From: Octopus bimaculoides
Lineage: Eukaryota
Length of the DNA: 37,605 bases
Assembly: GCF_001194135.2 (NCBI RefSeq)
Contig: NC_068986.1
Coordinates: forward strand, 22,418,508 to 22,456,112
Direction: 5' to 3'
Positions 34,161-37,605 of this stretch are shown piece by piece; the stretch's first letter is position 1; each line of letters starts with the position of its first letter. The position numbers and the translations under genes were made by a program. The notes under the pieces are model-generated. The model searched no databases. It worked only from the letters and a program-made list of their open reading frames with translations, and was not told the origin of the DNA.

Positions 34161-36433
34161 AGGTTTTTATATTCCATTGATAAATGTATCTGCTGTCTCC
34201 TTTTATGGATGCTGTGCAGGATTGACATGGGAATCTTGGTAGGATGTGGATGATGTCTGTTTGTGGAAGGTTAAGGATGAGGAGAGCAGGGAATCATCTG
34301 TGTAGGGTGTGTCAGAGCCAGTGAGTGAGCTTCTATGCTGTCACTTGACTTGCTATAAATAACAGCCAAACCATAAAATCATAACCTATCAATATTACAA
34401 ATAAGATTACATTAGATAACACATTTCTAGATATACAAAAAATATGGGGGTGGTCTCAACTAGAATGTCTTTGATTATAGGCATGCTCAATCAAGACTGC
34501 CTGAGACTAAAATGCAATTCCGACTAATTTCATATTATTTTAATGTTATCTTTCATTAATCACTGAATGGGGTAACTTTAAGGTTTTCAAGTTATTCCCT
34601 TCAACTGAGATTTAACATTGTTTGTTTGTCCTGCGTTTTCATTACTATAGCGTTTCACATTATTTGCCTTTAGACAGTTAAAATCCTCTTAATATGCATT
34701 ATTATAATGTATTGTTTGGAAATTTAAGAAGTTGAATAACTCTTATTTTCTACTTGTCAGTTTTTTTGTGTTTGCCTTCATAACTCGATCTTCCCTGTTT
34801 TTTTTTCTTTTTCAATGTTTAATCAGCTTATTAACATCTTATAACATGACAAAACTCTTCAGTTCTCACCAGAGAATCCTTTCTCTAGGTTTTTGTTTTT
34901 TTGTTTTTCAAGTTACAAGTGAATTAGTCTTGCTTGCTTTCATAACTCTTAGAAGTTCAGCTCAACAAAAATCATCTCGTCGTTGTCTACAACTTCCTGT
35001 TTATTTTAAAGGTGTCAGTTTACTTACCTGGAAAGTAAGTACTACTTGGATTTCGTATGATAATAGTTGATGTTGAAGTAATTTAACTAGTGACCAAAAA
35101 AGAAAACAAGATAAAACATACTTCAAATACACCTGTACATTTCTGAAAGATTCATCTGGACACTCAACTCCACAACTATAGAAGTTTATTTCATCCCAAT
35201 TCATTTTCGTGTTTCTTTGCTTGAAAAACTAGATCTGTAGACGTCAATTTTAATCTTGTGATCAATTCAGGTATGATTGGGGGATTAAGATGTTTACTTG
35301 ACAATCCTATGGGTCTGTGTTTGATCTCATTGAACAGAACTTTGAGTGCTTTTCTACCAAGCTTTGAGTTGATGCATACCTTGTATGTTCAACTGGGTAG
35401 GTGGAAACTGTCCAGAGGCCTGTCAGATGGACTGTGTTGTTCTTTGGGTATAGACATCATCCATTGGCCAGTTTAATTCCAGCACAGCTCCTTAAATGCC
35501 TTTAGTATGAGTCCATTCTGTTGCTAACATTCAGACCAGATTTCTAGTTTAAGGATAATACACAAATTGTAGTGTCAATTTTCTTCCTCTTTTTCTTCAC
35601 CAGGACCAAAGATTCCACCCCCACCAAAACAATCATAAGTAACAGTACTGCCCTTCCTCCTCCGTCTGTAAGACACCTCTTTTAACCCATTATTTATCAC
35701 TGATTTTTATGGCATTAGTTTGAATGGATCTTTTTTTTTAAATGATGATGATGAGTGCACTGGCATCAGAGTGGCCCGGTGCCTCAGTCTCTGAATGTGT
35801 GAGCCACACAAATACCATTGTTGAGCAGTAGTTGATGAATTCAGCCTGTATTCATTATCCTGCAGCCATTAAGTGAACTGGTTCCCCTGACATGCTGCCC
35901 TGAATGACATAATTAAAAGGGCCTCGATGTAGCTGGTTTCCCATTGTAACTGGAGCCAGTTGGTCTCAATCACAGGGATGGTAAGCACCTTGATAGAATA
36001 ACCCTCTTTCCATACTAGGGAGGCTGATCTCTAATCTGTGACATGACGTGCTGTGACATGTTCTCTGGCTCCACTGTTTATAATGCAGAGGAGAGAAAAA
36101 TAAACATAAAAGCCTGACCAACTGCTTTCAGTTTGTGCCGGTCATCATCAAGGCCTCAGGTGTTCTCAGATCTTGTACTGGTAATTTTCTTCACAAAATT
36201 GGTATAACTGCAGCCCATCTGAGAAATGAGCCTTGCAAAGTGGATGATTGCTGCAGTTAATGTTGCTAACAATTCTCCATGGCAATGCCATCGTTTTCAT
36301 GTCTGCAGGGTGTGGCTGAACACACCATTTGTTCTGGGGTGTACTCCACCCACTCCTCATCTGCTGCTGTTGCTTAATTCCTTCTCCCTTTTTTTTCTTT
36401 TTTTTCCTTGTAAATAAAACATTTAATTAGTAG

Positions 36434-36710
36434 TTGAACAAAAAGACATGGGCCGCACAGGAATTTTTCTTGAATCCATACTTAAATAAATTTTGCACTA
36501 TGTACAACATCTGCATCGGAAACAATGTGTCATTCATTGTTATTTTGCTAGACAACTCTTATGGTTACCCTGCAGATCTTCATAAAGAGTTCAATCCAGG
36601 TTCAAATCAATTCTTCAGATCTTAAGATCAAATGCTTAAGTATCATTAACTAAAGTCTCTGAACTCTAATCCAAGACTAAAACTATTATTACAGCATTTC
36701 TGAGAGGCTA
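36434..36710 (+). pseudogene. Decayed pogo/Tigger-type DDE transposase fragment
   Basis: NKKTWAAQEFF...CIGNNVSFIVILLDNSYGYP resembles NKKAWMT...LLLLDNAPGHP; downstream IITAFLRGY resembles VIAAFKAYY. Confidence 0.55.
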
Positions 36711-37265
36711 TAAGTCTTTTTCGTATTTGGTGGAATTCATCAGGAAAAAAAAGCTTTGTTTCCATTGTTGTTAATGTTTTAAACATTCTTTTTTCACTTT
36801 ATCATGTCATTTTGTTTCAGGACTGCATGTATTCAAGAATTAATCTATGTATTACCAACATGAGGTTAGAATTTGGCAAATCTGCTCATCTACACAGCTT
36901 TTGTTCATTGATTTATAAAGATTGTCTCAACATGTTATATCCTTGAGTGATTTTCAGAAATATTTTAGTATTTCTTTTTAAGCTACTTCTGTTCACAATT
37001 ATGAATTTACATTCTCTTCTTTCTTCAAGGTTTAATCAACTTATTGTCACCTAACAGACTAAACGCTTCAGTCTCTGCAAAATACACATCCATCTCTTTA
37101 CATTTTTGCCTTTCATGTTACAAATGAATTACAATGAATTAAAATGGCATTTTGGGAGGAAATCAGTAAAGAAAGCTGTCATACAAATAGGAACCAGAGA
37201 AGAATACATCAAAACAATTCTATTAGTCCAAAATATAATAGAAATACTATATTAATTATCTGAAC

Positions 37266-37380
37266 CATTTTCACTGAATGATTAAACCTAGAACTAAATC
37301 CTGTTGTCATCTGAAATAGGTTGATACATTTTCACTGAAAGATTAAACCTACAACTAAATCCTGTTGTCATCTAAAATAG
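37266..37380. repeat. Tandem duplication, 54 bp x2, period 61
   Basis: 37266-37319 vs 37327-37380, 3 mismatches. Confidence 0.9.
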
Positions 37381-37384
37381 CATA

Positions 37385-37520
37385 CTGGTCGAAATGCTCA
37401 GTAGTATTCCGTCTGTCTTTACGTTCTGAATTGCTGGGGTCGACTTTGCCTTTTATCCTTTCAGAGTTGATAAAATAAGTGCCATGGTGTTATTGAGAAG
37501 CTCCCCACTCTGAAATTTCA
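37385..37520 (+). mobile_element. Family C SINE, degenerate
   Basis: CGTCTGTCTTTACGTTCTGA...GGTCGACTTTGCCTTTTATCCTTTC. Confidence 0.7.
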
Positions 37521-37577
37521 GAGAGGAAAGATTACAATATTTATTTTGAACAGTGTATTGTCTGTTTTATATAATAA

Positions 37578-37605
37578 CTAGCAGAGATACCCGGCGTTGC
37601 CCTTG
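37578..37605 (-). mobile_element. 3' terminus of a second Helitron copy, cut by the window edge
   Basis: CTAGCAGAGATACCCGGCGTTGCCC is nearly identical to 9685-9709. Confidence 0.75.

Noticed and set aside
34293-34304. YTDD on the minus strand resembling the RT YADD motif
   Set aside because: Only four residues; the surrounding frame has stops and does not align by eye with the adjacent CR1 piece.
35748-35794. ATGATGA...CTGA resembling a C/D snoRNA
   Set aside because: The C box is part of an (ATG)n run, the span is too short and there is no terminal stem.
35750-36365. GC-richer unique block with short ORFs
   Set aside because: Stops in all frames and no family motif I can support; could be old TE or UTR sequence.
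1-37605. CRISPR array, rRNA, operon-like or other prokaryotic system
   Set aside because: No regularly spaced repeat-spacer units or long ORFs; the sequence is plainly repeat-rich eukaryotic DNA.

Overview
AT-rich, repeat-dense eukaryotic genomic DNA with six assembly gaps, most abutting microsatellites. The repeat families look like those of a coleoid cephalopod, probably Octopus; this is recognition from memory, not a database result. Almost all listed ORFs are artefacts of microsatellites, N-gaps or repeats. Well supported content: many tRNA-derived SINE copies, two CR1-like LINE 3' fragments, an R4/Dong-like 3' end, a Penelope-like GIY-YIG fragment, a Helitron with both termini and a frameshifted helicase C-terminus, hAT, mariner and piggyBac-type MITEs, and a decayed pogo/Tigger DDE fragment. 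The most interesting signals are: (1) a minimal type I hammerhead ribozyme motif (3393-3435, minus strand) inside a locally rearranged repeat; (2) a 169-bp palindrome whose arms look like decayed hammerheads, nested in a hAT MITE; (3) a speculative minus-strand multi-exon gene absent from the ORF track, with a CpG-rich 5' region, two possible micro-exons and a phase-consistent 140-aa reading that I cannot assign to a family. I found no CRISPR array, rRNA, intact tRNA or prokaryote-like system. Element boundaries without TSD or TIR evidence are approximate.
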